Assembly (NCBI GenBank): GCA_013265495.1
Contig: MU061578.1
Coordinates: forward strand, 71,308-135,307
Reading direction: 5' to 3'
DNA length: 64,000 nucleotides
Origin: Vicugna vicugna
Lineage: Eukaryota
Positions 11,967 to 22,350 of this stretch are shown piece by piece. The notes beneath the pieces are model-generated. The model saw only the letters and a list, made by a program, of their open reading frames with translations, searched no databases and was not told the DNA's origin. Position 1 is the stretch's first letter. Every line of letters starts with the position of its first letter. Both the position numbers and the translations under genes were made by a program.

Positions 11967-14097
11967 GATTCTGGTACCAAAAGGTCCTAGAGGAACAGAA
12001 TTTTAAGGATGAGTTTTCTGAATTGATTCTGGGTTTTCTGGAATGGACTCTTTAATCTGATTAGATTGGAAGATGCTAATGACTCTTTTTTCCTGTAGTG
12101 AAGAGAGCAGGGATAGTCCATGGTGTGGATTGCTTATAGAGACACATGATATCTGCACTGGCTAATGCCTAATCAACCACTTAGAAGAAGTAAGAAGGTA
12201 AGTAACTGTTATACTTTTGAATGTATTTAGAAAACTAAGGAATATAATGACGTTGGTTCGTTTCCCTAATGTTGCTGGACAAAGTGGTGAGAGAAAAGGA
12301 TGAGCTCGGGGATTCTAATTCCCAGCTCAAGCCCACATAAAATGACCTGGAGCTTCTAGGTGTGCCCTGAGGGAGAGCCTTATCTCCTGCAGCTGCAGGG
12401 CTGAAACTGCTGAAAATCAAATACAGGACCTCATCCTGTAATTGGCTGAATTATAAAGCCAGTTGAATTCCCAGCCTCCCAGGGTGTCTACTGTTAAAGT
12501 GAGGGCATTGATTGGAAAAGAATGGGATTTTATAAATTGGGACAGGGACATGTGTGAAGACTCTGATGAAGCTGGGGACATTGAGCTCTAAATTCTGGGG
12601 AAGTCCTTTTTGCCAGTGGAAGAGGTCTCCTCATCCGCATGTCAAGCAGCCTCCCCACTTATGGGGATGAGCCTTTCCACCTCCAGTTGAGGGGATTAAC
12701 CCTGTGTTTCCTGAGAAAATGATAATGGCCTTCCCTGAGGCAGCTGCCATTCAAGATAATGCCGATTCTCTTTAGGACCCACCTCCAGCGGCCCTTTCTG
12801 CTTCTAGACCTATAACTAGATGCATACACCAACATGGTTCCTAAAGGTGAGGTTTGAAGTGTGACCCATGAGGACGTGCGTTACACTCCAAAGGAACAAC
12901 TTGACCTTTCTCAATTATACAAGTAGAGATATGGGGGAGTGTGTAGGAATGGGTACTAAGGGTGAGGGAGAATGGTGGAGGGAAGATGAAATTGGATTAG
13001 GTCAAAATTACTGATATGAGCCAGGAAGCAGAGTCTGCACTTAATGTTGTAGCTCCGAGATTTAGAAAACACTTTAACACTTTGGTTGGTTGGTTGGTTG
13101 AAATGTGGATCAAAGGATGGTCCATGACGAGAGAACTGGAAATGCTCCATCTCTTTTGGAGCCAGAGGCTTAGGGAGCCTGGAAGGTTGGGTGGAATTGT
13201 CGTATAATACCTACTTACCCACACTGAGAGGGCTGGAGGATAGACCTTTTCCCGGTATTTTAAGGACTACATTTGTGAGGGGAGTCCCAGCAATCTTGAA
13301 GAGCCACTCAATTGAAAAACCTTGATACAATGGCACTAGTTGGATCTTGGCGTGGCAGGAGCCAAATGGCAGCACTCAATCACCAAAGACAAGGTGGGCA
13401 TGGTCAACTGAATGGACAGCAGAGTCCAAGTAGAAAACAGGAGAGTCTGACTGACACAGACCTGTGGTGTTGGCTGCTTAATCATGGTGTTCCTGGAAGT
13501 CATACGGATAGGAAGCCAACTAAATTCTTACTTGATCTGTATAAGGAGAAAAGTTCTAGGTCAAGTGAACAAAAATTCAATTCAAATCATAAAAACAGAG
13601 TCACATTCATGTTCCCTCAGTCAATTCATTCCTAGACTTGAGCCAGTTTACAGACCCAGAGCCCCTCAAATGAAGGGAAGATCAGGTCCTCTTGAGGGAG
13701 GACCCAGCATACTCCTGAAAATTGACACTGTGAATCCTTCACCCAGCCTGCCTCCCAAAGACCTGTGGCCTTTCCCCAAGTCACTGTGCATTGGGGGAAA
13801 GGAAAAATTAGACCTTTTGGGGACTACTGGACAATGGCTCTGAAATGACCCTATTCTAGGAGAGCTCAAATGCCACTGTGGCCCTCCAGTCACAGTAGGG
13901 GACTATAGACGTCAGATGATTGAGGAGTTTTAGCTCAGGTCTGTCTCACAGTGGGCCCAGTGGGTCCCCAGGCCCACCCTGAGGTTATTTCCCCGCTCCT
14001 GAATGTGTAGTTAGGATAGACGTACTTAGCAGCTGGAAGAAACCCCACGTAGGTTCTCTGACCCATGCAGAGAGGGCTACTACGGTGGGAAAGGCCC
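11967..14097 (+). mobile_element. ERV-L internal region (degenerate PBS, gag, protease), 3'-truncated
   Basis: Starts 'gattctggtaccaaaaggtcctagaggaacagaattttaagg' with a PBS-like TGGTACCA at 11972. ORF 13312-13635 'QMAALNHQRQGG...LWCWLLNHGVP...DRKPTKFLLDLYK' is ERV-L Gag-like. 13821-13859 reads GLLDNGSEMTLF*, a degenerate aspartyl protease D-T-G motif. Confidence 0.92.
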
Positions 14098-14816
14098 TCT
14101 GGGGTAAGTCACTTCGTCCCTGTGAGCTTCAGTTTCCTATCTATACAATGATACGCTGGACCAAGTGATTCTCACGGACCCACATCACTGTGCTATTTGT
14201 TCTCTATCAATTCCAGCAGGTTAAAACCCAGCAAGTTGCTGCATGTGCTTGAGCTCTGGCCAAGTCCTAAAAAATTATGGCAGATACCATCTGGCCCCAA
14301 TCTTTAGGAAGTCTACAGAGGCTTCTAGAGCAACCTTCCTCCCACCCCCTCTCCCCCGCCCTGCTTTTGCTCTGAACCCTGGAGGCAAGGGAGGCACTGA
14401 ATTCTGTCATCTCCACTCACAAACCCTTTATGGTGGATCATTAGGATGAATTTGTCATGAATAAGAAAGAGAAGGGATACATTCAGATGTTAATGGAATC
14501 CTGCATTAGCAATCTTGTAAATTCCGCTGGAATATTTCATGTCAGGCGATACAGTATAATACGAGGGCTGCTGAGAGTGGGGGTTGGTTGAGAAAAGACT
14601 GATCCCTTTGGGGACACCAAATCCAACCCTCTATACAGCTGTCCTGGGTAATGGAAGAAAGGAAGGCTTATTCAACAAATATTTAATGAGCACCTACTAC
14701 GTCCCACACTCTATCTTCATGATGCCAGATGTCTCGAGCAAGAAAAATCACTCTGGAGAAGAACTAGGTCCCCAGACCCAATTCTGCTACTCAGCAGGGA
14801 CAATGTGGAGCAAATT

Positions 14817-15078
14817 TATTATTTTATTATTTTTGGGGGGTGGGAGGGAGGTAAATTAGGTTTATTATTCATTTTTTTAACATTTTTATTGATTTATAAT
14901 CATTTTACAATGTTGTGTAAAATTCCAGTGTTTAGCACAATTTTTCAGTCATTCATGGACATATACACACTCATTGTCACATACTATTCATTTATTTTTA
15001 GAGGAGGTACTGGAGATTGAACCCAGGACCTTATGCATGCTAAGCATGCGCTCTACCACTTGAGCTATACCCTTCTCC
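14817..15078 (-). mobile_element. vic-1-like tRNA-Ala-derived SINE with 11-bp TSD
   Basis: Reverse strand reads 'agggtatagctcaagtggtagagcgcatgcttagcatgcataaggtcctgggttcaatctccagtacctcc' (A and B boxes). TSD tggagcaaatt at 14806-14816 and 15079-15089. Confidence 0.92.
14875..14984 (-). mobile_element. Short young L1 3' end nested in the SINE
   Basis: Resembles the L1 tail at 36662-36765 ('ttttacaatgttgtgt...acaatttttcagt...attgtcacat'). TSD tattcattt at 14866-14874 and 14985-14993. Confidence 0.85.
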
Positions 15079-15689
15079 TGGAGCAAATTCCTTAAACTTG
15101 ACAACCCTGTTTGCAGATCTGTAAAGTGGGCATAACAGTATTATCTCCCTCTTAGGGTCACAATGGGGTCTAGAGAAGACAGTGTTTGCCAAGCAGTTGG
15201 CCCAGCTCTCAGTGCATAGAAAGCGCTCCAAAACTGGATGTTACTATTACTTATCACCACATGCCAGGCAGAATGTTCTATGCTTTGCTTACGCAGCTGC
15301 GTTATGTTTTCTTATGTCATCTTGAGGCCAAAGGATTCAGCCCCACAGTTTGATAGAAGAGAAAATGGTCTTGCTGAGTGGTAGGCGCTGCTAGTCTCTC
15401 CACCCTAGATAAGGAAACCGAGGCATTCAAAAGTCATGTGATCTCAACTTTATTTCTATCATTTTGAATTCTCTCAACAGCCCTGTTGTAGGTGATTTTC
15501 ATTTTCCAGACTGAGAAGCTGAGGCTTGGAGAGATTATGGTACCCCAAAAGTCAAGGTACAGTTGGGAATGAAAGCACAGCTCTGATTCTCAAACCCACG
15601 GTCTTCCCCCTAAACAATGTAGCAGAGTGATTAAGAGTTCCAGCTTTGGAAACAGATGCCCTGCATTCTAATGTATAAAAAATGACAAC

Positions 15690-15930
15690 CTCTAAAACTG
15701 AAGCATCCCTGCTCACCTCCACCCCTGCTTTATTTTTCTCCTAAATACTTGTCACCTTCCTACAGGTTGCACATGGCACTATTTATTTTGTTTATTGTCT
15801 TTGTCCCCTCTACTAGAATATAAGCTCTGTGAGTACAGGAATTTTCCCCCCTGTTTTATCCATTGCTGTATCTCCACTCCTGGAATTTGCCTGGACCAAG
15901 GTAGGCATATCCGTAATAATTTCGTCCACG
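15690..15930 (+). mobile_element. L2a 3' end
   Basis: 'tactagaatataagctctgtgagtacagga...tccattgctgtatctccactcctggaatttgcctggaccaaggtaggc'. Confidence 0.8.
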
Positions 15931-16419
15931 AGTAATCTCAGCTTCACCACTCTATCGTTTAGTAGCTGCCGACTTTCTTCGGTAGGTTCCTCATTCTCTC
16001 CACAGTTCATTTTCCTCAATAGCAAAATGAAGAAAATGCCAACACCCACCTCACACAGTGGATGCGAGGATTAATGGGGTTAATGCATATAAAGGGCTTA
16101 AAACAGGTCAAGAACACAGTAGGTGCTCAATGTACTACTGTATACCCATTGCAAGCCAGTACTGTAATGACACCAAGTATCTCTTGGTGACATCTACGGT
16201 GTCAGTGTTTGTTTTACATATACTATCTAATTGACTACTTTAAATAACTATTATGCTCATTTTACAGATGAGGAAGTGGAGGGATTAAAATGTGATGTCT
16301 TTTGCCATCATGTCCTTAATCAGCTTCCAGGGAAGGCATCTTTATGGCACCCCAAAGTCAACCATTCCAATTTTTCTTCTATGGAAGCTAGCTAGCTGCA
16401 CTGCCACCCTGGCATTTCA

Positions 16420-16960
16420 AGTTTCCATTCGTTAAACTTAAAAGATTTACAGAATCCGTGTTGGTTTGGAAAATGCCTCAGCGACATCCTCTCTTAATTA
16501 ATGCCAGTCTTAATGTAAAGACACATTAATAGGACCATTGTATCTTGAGGTCCTGGGTGATGCAATGCCCAGGAAAATCTATTTATATCCAAAGTATTTT
16601 AAATGGTTTTCCTACTCCCACCCTAAAAAAAATCAATTTATACTAAATGCTGTTGTAAAATCAGATTTATCACCCAGGGGATTAAGAAAAACGAAGGGCC
16701 AATTTAATGACAGGATTTAGTTCATTATTTATCTTCTAGCATGTAAATTATAGATTGTTATAAATTTTTCATTCTTTGGGTGCCCACTACCTAATTCCAG
16801 AAAAAAAAATGCAGAAGCCTGCATTACAAAGAGCAAGTGTCTCCTCTCTGGGCACAGGAGCCATCTCCTCTGCCTTCTGACAGACGATAATCTGTCAAAA
16901 TGAAAAATTAATGGCCGCTCCCTTAATTCATCATCGCCTGCCTCTGTTCTATTAATGCCT
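16420..16960. promoter_or_regulatory. Candidate conserved non-coding enhancer
   Basis: Repeat-free and AT-rich, with dense TAAT/ATTA, GATTTAT and TGACAG motifs. Conservation not verifiable here. Confidence 0.5.
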
Positions 16961-17624
16961 CCCCCCCTCTTCCTTCCCTCCTTCCTCCCTCCGCCTCCCA
17001 CTCTCCCCTCCGCCTCCACCCACCCCCATGGCATGACTCTGTTCACCAGCAGTGAAATGGAGGGAGAGAACTGGACCAGCAGTGGGAACAGAAAAAAGAA
17101 AATCAAATCCATTGACTTCTGGACCCATGGTGCATCTGTGACAAGGGGAAAGGAACAGTTCTACTTTACTCATTAAATACAGCAGGGCCCCATGATGCAA
17201 ATACTGATACAGCATGTGGGTACCACCGGGGGCATCTTGGACACTCTGGCCCTCAAGAAGACCTGTTGTGGCCATTGGGTGGGGCAGTTATACTGTGTCG
17301 AATTTGAATATCAGCAGCTTTACTGCGCAAATGATGAATCTTGGAATTTGGCAGGGAAGCTTAAAAGCCATTTGATCCAACTCTCCTGTTTTACAGATCA
17401 AAAGACAGAGATTCAGAGAGGAGATGGGTTTTGCTAAAGGTCATGCAACTAGTGAGACTGGCACCACTACAAATCATAGACGTCAAACTCAGCTGGGCTA
17501 TCAAGGCAAGCTATCGATCTGTTCATTTGTTGTAAATCATCTCTCGTCTAATTCCCTTGAAGACTCTTCCAAATCTCATTCAACTTCCCGAGCTCTTTGT
17601 AGAAATCACACCTCATCGTAATAA

Positions 17625-17987
17625 CTGTGCCATTTACCAAATATCTCTAGCTCTCCACTTTGTGGACAGATGCTAGGGTTGTGCGTCTCTGTTCACCTTG
17701 AGGTTAGGTTTGCTCATGTGGCTCGCTTTTGGCCAATGAAATGTGAGTAGCAGCTTTAAGAACAGGTGCAGAATGAACACATTCCCTTCTCACTGCAGTG
17801 GCAATCATTTCGGTATGGTAGATTTGAGACATTATCAGCCTGCGGTCCTCAAGTGACTATGAGAGAATATCCCACTGACCCAATCACCATATGCAGTATG
17901 AGTGTGAGATAAGTTTGGTTGTGTTAAGCCACTGAGATACTGGGGTCATTTATTTTTCCTACAGCAAAATTTAGCTTATTCTGGCTC
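17625..17987 (+). mobile_element. MLT1I/J-type LTR
   Basis: 'ttggccaatgaaatgtgagtag...ttggttgtgttaagccactgagatactggggtcattt...acagcaaaatttagcttattctg'. Confidence 0.75.
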
Positions 17988-18035
17988 TGGAATTCATGGG
18001 AAAAGATTGAGGTCACCAGGCTTTCCCTTCCCCAG

Positions 18036-18093
18036 CTTCCTGCAAGTGCATTTACATCTGAACCCTTCCTGCAGGTGCATTTACATCGGAACC
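18036..18093 (+). repeat. 29-bp tandem duplication
   Basis: cttcctgcaagtgcatttacatctgaacc / cttcctgcaggtgcatttacatcggaacc (2 mismatches). Confidence 0.9.
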
Positions 18094-18339
18094 ATCTTCC
18101 TCTCATTTCCTCCAGGCTGAGTAAATGAGGGATCTCTTTCATAAGACACATCACCTTCTCCTAGAGTCTCAGCATCTCCCTTCCTTTTGTTAGTGCCTCG
18201 TCAGTGTCTCCTTTCATTGGCTTCTCCCTGCTTACGTTTTCATCCAATCTCCTTTCCATTTCTCATTTAATGTCTTTGAAGGTTTTCTCCTCATTCCCCC
18301 CCCCCCCCCGTTTCTCTCCTCTGTTCCCTCTCACTCCAC

Positions 18340-18920
18340 TGTAACCAGGCTTCTCCTCTCAGGGCTCCAGTGACACTCTTGGTGATGCTCAGTGACATCT
18401 TTGTAGGTCCAGATTATTTACCATACTTGACCTTGTCAATGGGTCTGATGCTGTTGATTCTATTTCTCTTTGAAATACCATGACCCTTGGCCTCTATGAC
18501 ATCTAGTTCTCTTGGATCTTTGCATGTCTCTTGGCTTGTTCCTTTCTGACTCCTTGGGTATTTTTTTTCCTTCAGCCTCTACATGTACTGTTAGTGTTTC
18601 TCAGAGTTCTAGCCTCCTCATGGGTCCTCTCTTACTGCATACTTTACCCTTCTCAAAATTTCAACGTTTTAGGACACTTATATCGTATGTCCAGTGTGTA
18701 TGTCTTCCGCAAGACTTATATAACATAGCTAACTACCTACTGGCCATTTCCAGCTGATGCCTGTATATTTGTCAACTTTAACATATCCAAAACAGCATGC
18801 ATCATTTTTTCCCCTGAACTTGGTTTTCCTTTCTTTTTCTTCATTCTAGTTGGTGACATGATTATCTTTCTAATTAATCCATCCATTCCCTCCTTGTTTT
18901 CAGAATCTCAAAGCATAAAT
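18340..18920 (+). mobile_element. L2 ORF2 fragment
   Basis: Pyrimidine-rich L2 body, e.g. 'tagctaactacctactggccatttccagctgatgcc...aaacatatccaaaacag'. Confidence 0.7.
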
Positions 18921-20436
18921 CAGGTTATTTCTCTTATAGTCCTTTTTCCCCAAGAGGATGAACTAGAGAGAGGGGTCAAGTTGAACTTCAGCTATCTGGA
19001 ATGTCAAGTTGCTTTTACTTCCTTTTCAAAGAGGGGAAAAGAGTTATTGATCAAGGGAAGAGAATCTACCTTGAGAAAGGAGAGGTGGTGTGTGTTTAGT
19101 TGTTACTCTCTGGGGTGACTCTGGGAAAATCCATTCACCCATCCAGGCCTCTCCCCCTTGATAATTGATGGAATTGGATCCAGGGATCTCTGTGGGATGT
19201 TTTCCTGTTCTGGTATCATATATCAGATGGGGTTCAAACAGGCTCTGAATCCTAGACTCCTTCACCCTCTCACAGATGCAGATACTGCTTTTGGGTTCAA
19301 GGTGGAAGTTATAAGGTGGCATTTACATGGGACTGGAGTGGATAATGGGATTCAAAAGGCCTAAGGCCCATGGAGCATAACTTAGCCGCCCTTCCCAGAA
19401 GATAAGAGAAGAGGCAGAGAAAATGTGCTGGGACAGCTGAATGAGGGATTAATCAGTCTCAACAGCCTAGTGGCTATAGGATAATCATAAAAAATCACAG
19501 CCAGGATTGAAATTGTCTACAAAATCTCTCATGTCCTTTAACATGTGGTCTCTGGGCAGCCACCTATTCCTCACCTTAATGAGCTGACCACACTGGCTGG
19601 CTGCACTTATTGGTGATTTTCAGGATCACCTTGGAAGGCAGTTTTTAAGCTCTTCAATGATAACCTTTCAATCATGCTCCGTTAACCTACCAGTCCTACG
19701 TCAGTCTGGCACTTCAAGCTCCTCATGACTGGTCCCCGGCCTTGCCTTCTGCTACTCCCCCTGCTGTATCCAGTGTATCAGTCTCCATGGGGAAGAGCCC
19801 TGTGACCAGATGAGGAGACAGAGAATTGATGGGGTAGATGGTGGGGTTTGCTGTGGGTACAGCCACAGGCACGCCCCCCTCTAAACCTTTCTTTCCTATA
19901 ATATCCCTATCTCCTTCCTGCTTTCCACCTTAGTACATAGAACCTCAGGCAGCCAACTGAGAGACAATGTACCATAATACTCAAGAATAAAGGTTTTGGA
20001 GGTATGCGTGGTCTGGATTTATATTGTTGTCCCATCACATACTAGCTGTGTGACTCTGGGAGAGTTGCTTTACTTCTCTGAGTCACACTGTCTTCATCAC
20101 AGCTCTTCAGCTCAACATAAGTACTAGTCTCCATCATCTATGAAATCATCTGTCCTCCAGAACGAATTTTCATATCTTCCTTTAAGGCCACTCAACCTTT
20201 CCGGCAGCCTGTGTATCAACCGCTCCTTCCCCAGTTGTATCTGTTATCTGTGACACTCCTTTCTGAATGCTGCTCCAATAGCACTGCCCTTCTTTTCTAC
20301 TTTAAAAGACAACATGGACATATGAAGGTAGAAAAAGGGGAACAGAATGTGGAATTGAGACTTGCCTCTGTTATTAGCGAAATGACGCTGGACAGATCAT
20401 GGAACCTAGCTGAAACTGAATCTGAACCTCCCTTAT

Positions 20437-20469
20437 TTTAAATTAAAATTAAAATTAAAATTAAAATTA
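20437..20469 (+). repeat. (TTAAAA)n simple repeat
   Basis: ttaaattaaaattaaaattaaaattaaaatta, with a shorter run at ~20561-20578. Confidence 0.9.
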
Positions 20470-21729
20470 GAAATCAATGATGCTTTTTTCTCAGGTTTCT
20501 CTAAGTATTAAGTGGGATAATTTTGGGCTTCATCCATCTGTGGGCACTGAATGAAATCACATTAAAATTAAAATTAAAGTTCTTGACTATGGCAGACCTG
20601 CCCTCCCAAAATAAAGCCACGAACCCCACGGTGTCCATGTGTCCCCAGATCCGGTCTGTTTTCTCCCCACGCCTACCCACGTCGGGGGTGGCAGGATGCT
20701 GCTTCAAACGGCCCGTGTTCTCAGTGATAACTTTCCTGTCTAGGCTTCAGAAGGGTTGGCACTCTCACTCCTCAAAGCTACTGGAACTGGAAATGCTGCT
20801 TCTGAATCCAGATGCCAAAGACCCAAGATGTAACTCCTGAAAAGCGGGAGGGAGGATGCTCCTTCTGTGCCGGGCTAAGACAGGCGGCCCTACCACTCGG
20901 TTGCTTGAGCGCCAGGTGTCACAAGATTTGGTCAGAAAACTTTTTCACTCTCTTCTGTGCCTCACCAGGCTAGGAATCCACCCGTTGTTTCTGGCCCAAG
21001 AGTTAACAGCAGTGCCAGCCTGAGGCTGGGGTGCTGTTCCCCCCCATCACTGGTGCTCAGGTCCAGTGACACTAGAGCCCAGACACACCCGATGCTGGTG
21101 GATAGGAAGTGCCAGTGCTGTGCCTCATTCCTGCCTCAGGGAGTGTGACAAATGTTTCTTTTGTGTAACGCTCGGTTGGGGTGTCACACTATTCAGCTGC
21201 TTAAGACTCAACGTGTTACAGCAGGGAGTGATGCCCACGTTATAAGTCACTTTCTTGAAGCCACAGAAAGCGCGTATCTTCTTCTCCTCAGCAGCTAGAA
21301 TCCTCCTTCCTGTTGATGCTCGTACCATGCTGTTGAATCTGACTTGCAGAGCTAGCCTCTGTCTTCTCTTCAGTGTATCTTCTCAGGACTCCCTGTTCCT
21401 GATACAGCCTCTGGTGGGACACCCTCCCCCATCAGATAAGTCTGAAACATTCCCGAATGCCTCTGTTGACTGGGACCCTCTTCCAACTTGCTCCTGAGCG
21501 TGTGTGGAGTCCCAAATGGGTAGGACTGTCTTCTTCCACCCACCAGAAGCACTCTGAAGCCCAGCTTCTGCCCAGCTAAGTCCCCTCTTTCAAAGCTCAG
21601 AGCACCATGTGGGCACTCAGAGGTTAATTCCATTTCCTCCTACCCCGTTCTATCATGACCTTGAAGACAGAACTTCTGGACTTGAGAACATCACATTCTT
21701 TCCCATCTCCATCCGTCTCACCAGTAATT

Positions 21730-22350
21730 TCCCCCCCTCACTTGAATAAAACCGCATCAAAAAATAGATTGGCTTGATTTCCCAATAAATTGCCGTTGCA
21801 TAAGTGTCTGTTATTTTGCATTGCTGGAATATTCAGGGGGAATTAATGATATTGTTGAGTGGCTACTATGAAGATTTATGTGTGGATCCAGGGAGATTTG
21901 CTTTCTTGCTTTCTATTTTTCCCTCCTCTTAAAGTAATAATAAAGATTACAAAAGAGAAATAAGCAGGGAAAGTTAATTTGAAATGAATCTTTAATCAGG
22001 TTTCATCTGTTCGAAGCGAACGTCTCCTTTGTTCGAGCGCCGCTGCGGAGGCGGAGCCCGGAGACACCATTTTGTAGCTGGATCCGCAAAGTCAAAGCCA
22101 TTCTGACAGAAATCAAACGAGAAATAATTTCTCCCTGAAGGAGTTCTGTTTTAGCTTAATGACGGCTCGAGTGTTCCTGTCGAAATGGCATAATGGGGGT
22201 TTTTAATTACGATTCATACTGTCCGGTTTAATGGCAAGACTTTTACTTATTTGTTTTTTTCCCTGAGCTCAGTCAGAAGCTCATTTGTTGAGTGGGTACT
22301 GCCAAACGCAGAGTTTACCCCAAGGTGAAGAAGTGAATTAGCTACGGAAA
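21730..22350. promoter_or_regulatory. Candidate conserved non-coding enhancer with CpG-rich core
   Basis: Repeat-free. 16 CpGs in 22012-22225 by hand count. TAAT, TTTAATGG, GATTTAT and TGACAG motifs. Confidence 0.6.

Noticed and set aside
13312..13859. Domesticated gag/protease gene
   Set aside because: Fragmented frames, mutated catalytic motif and an immediate stop.
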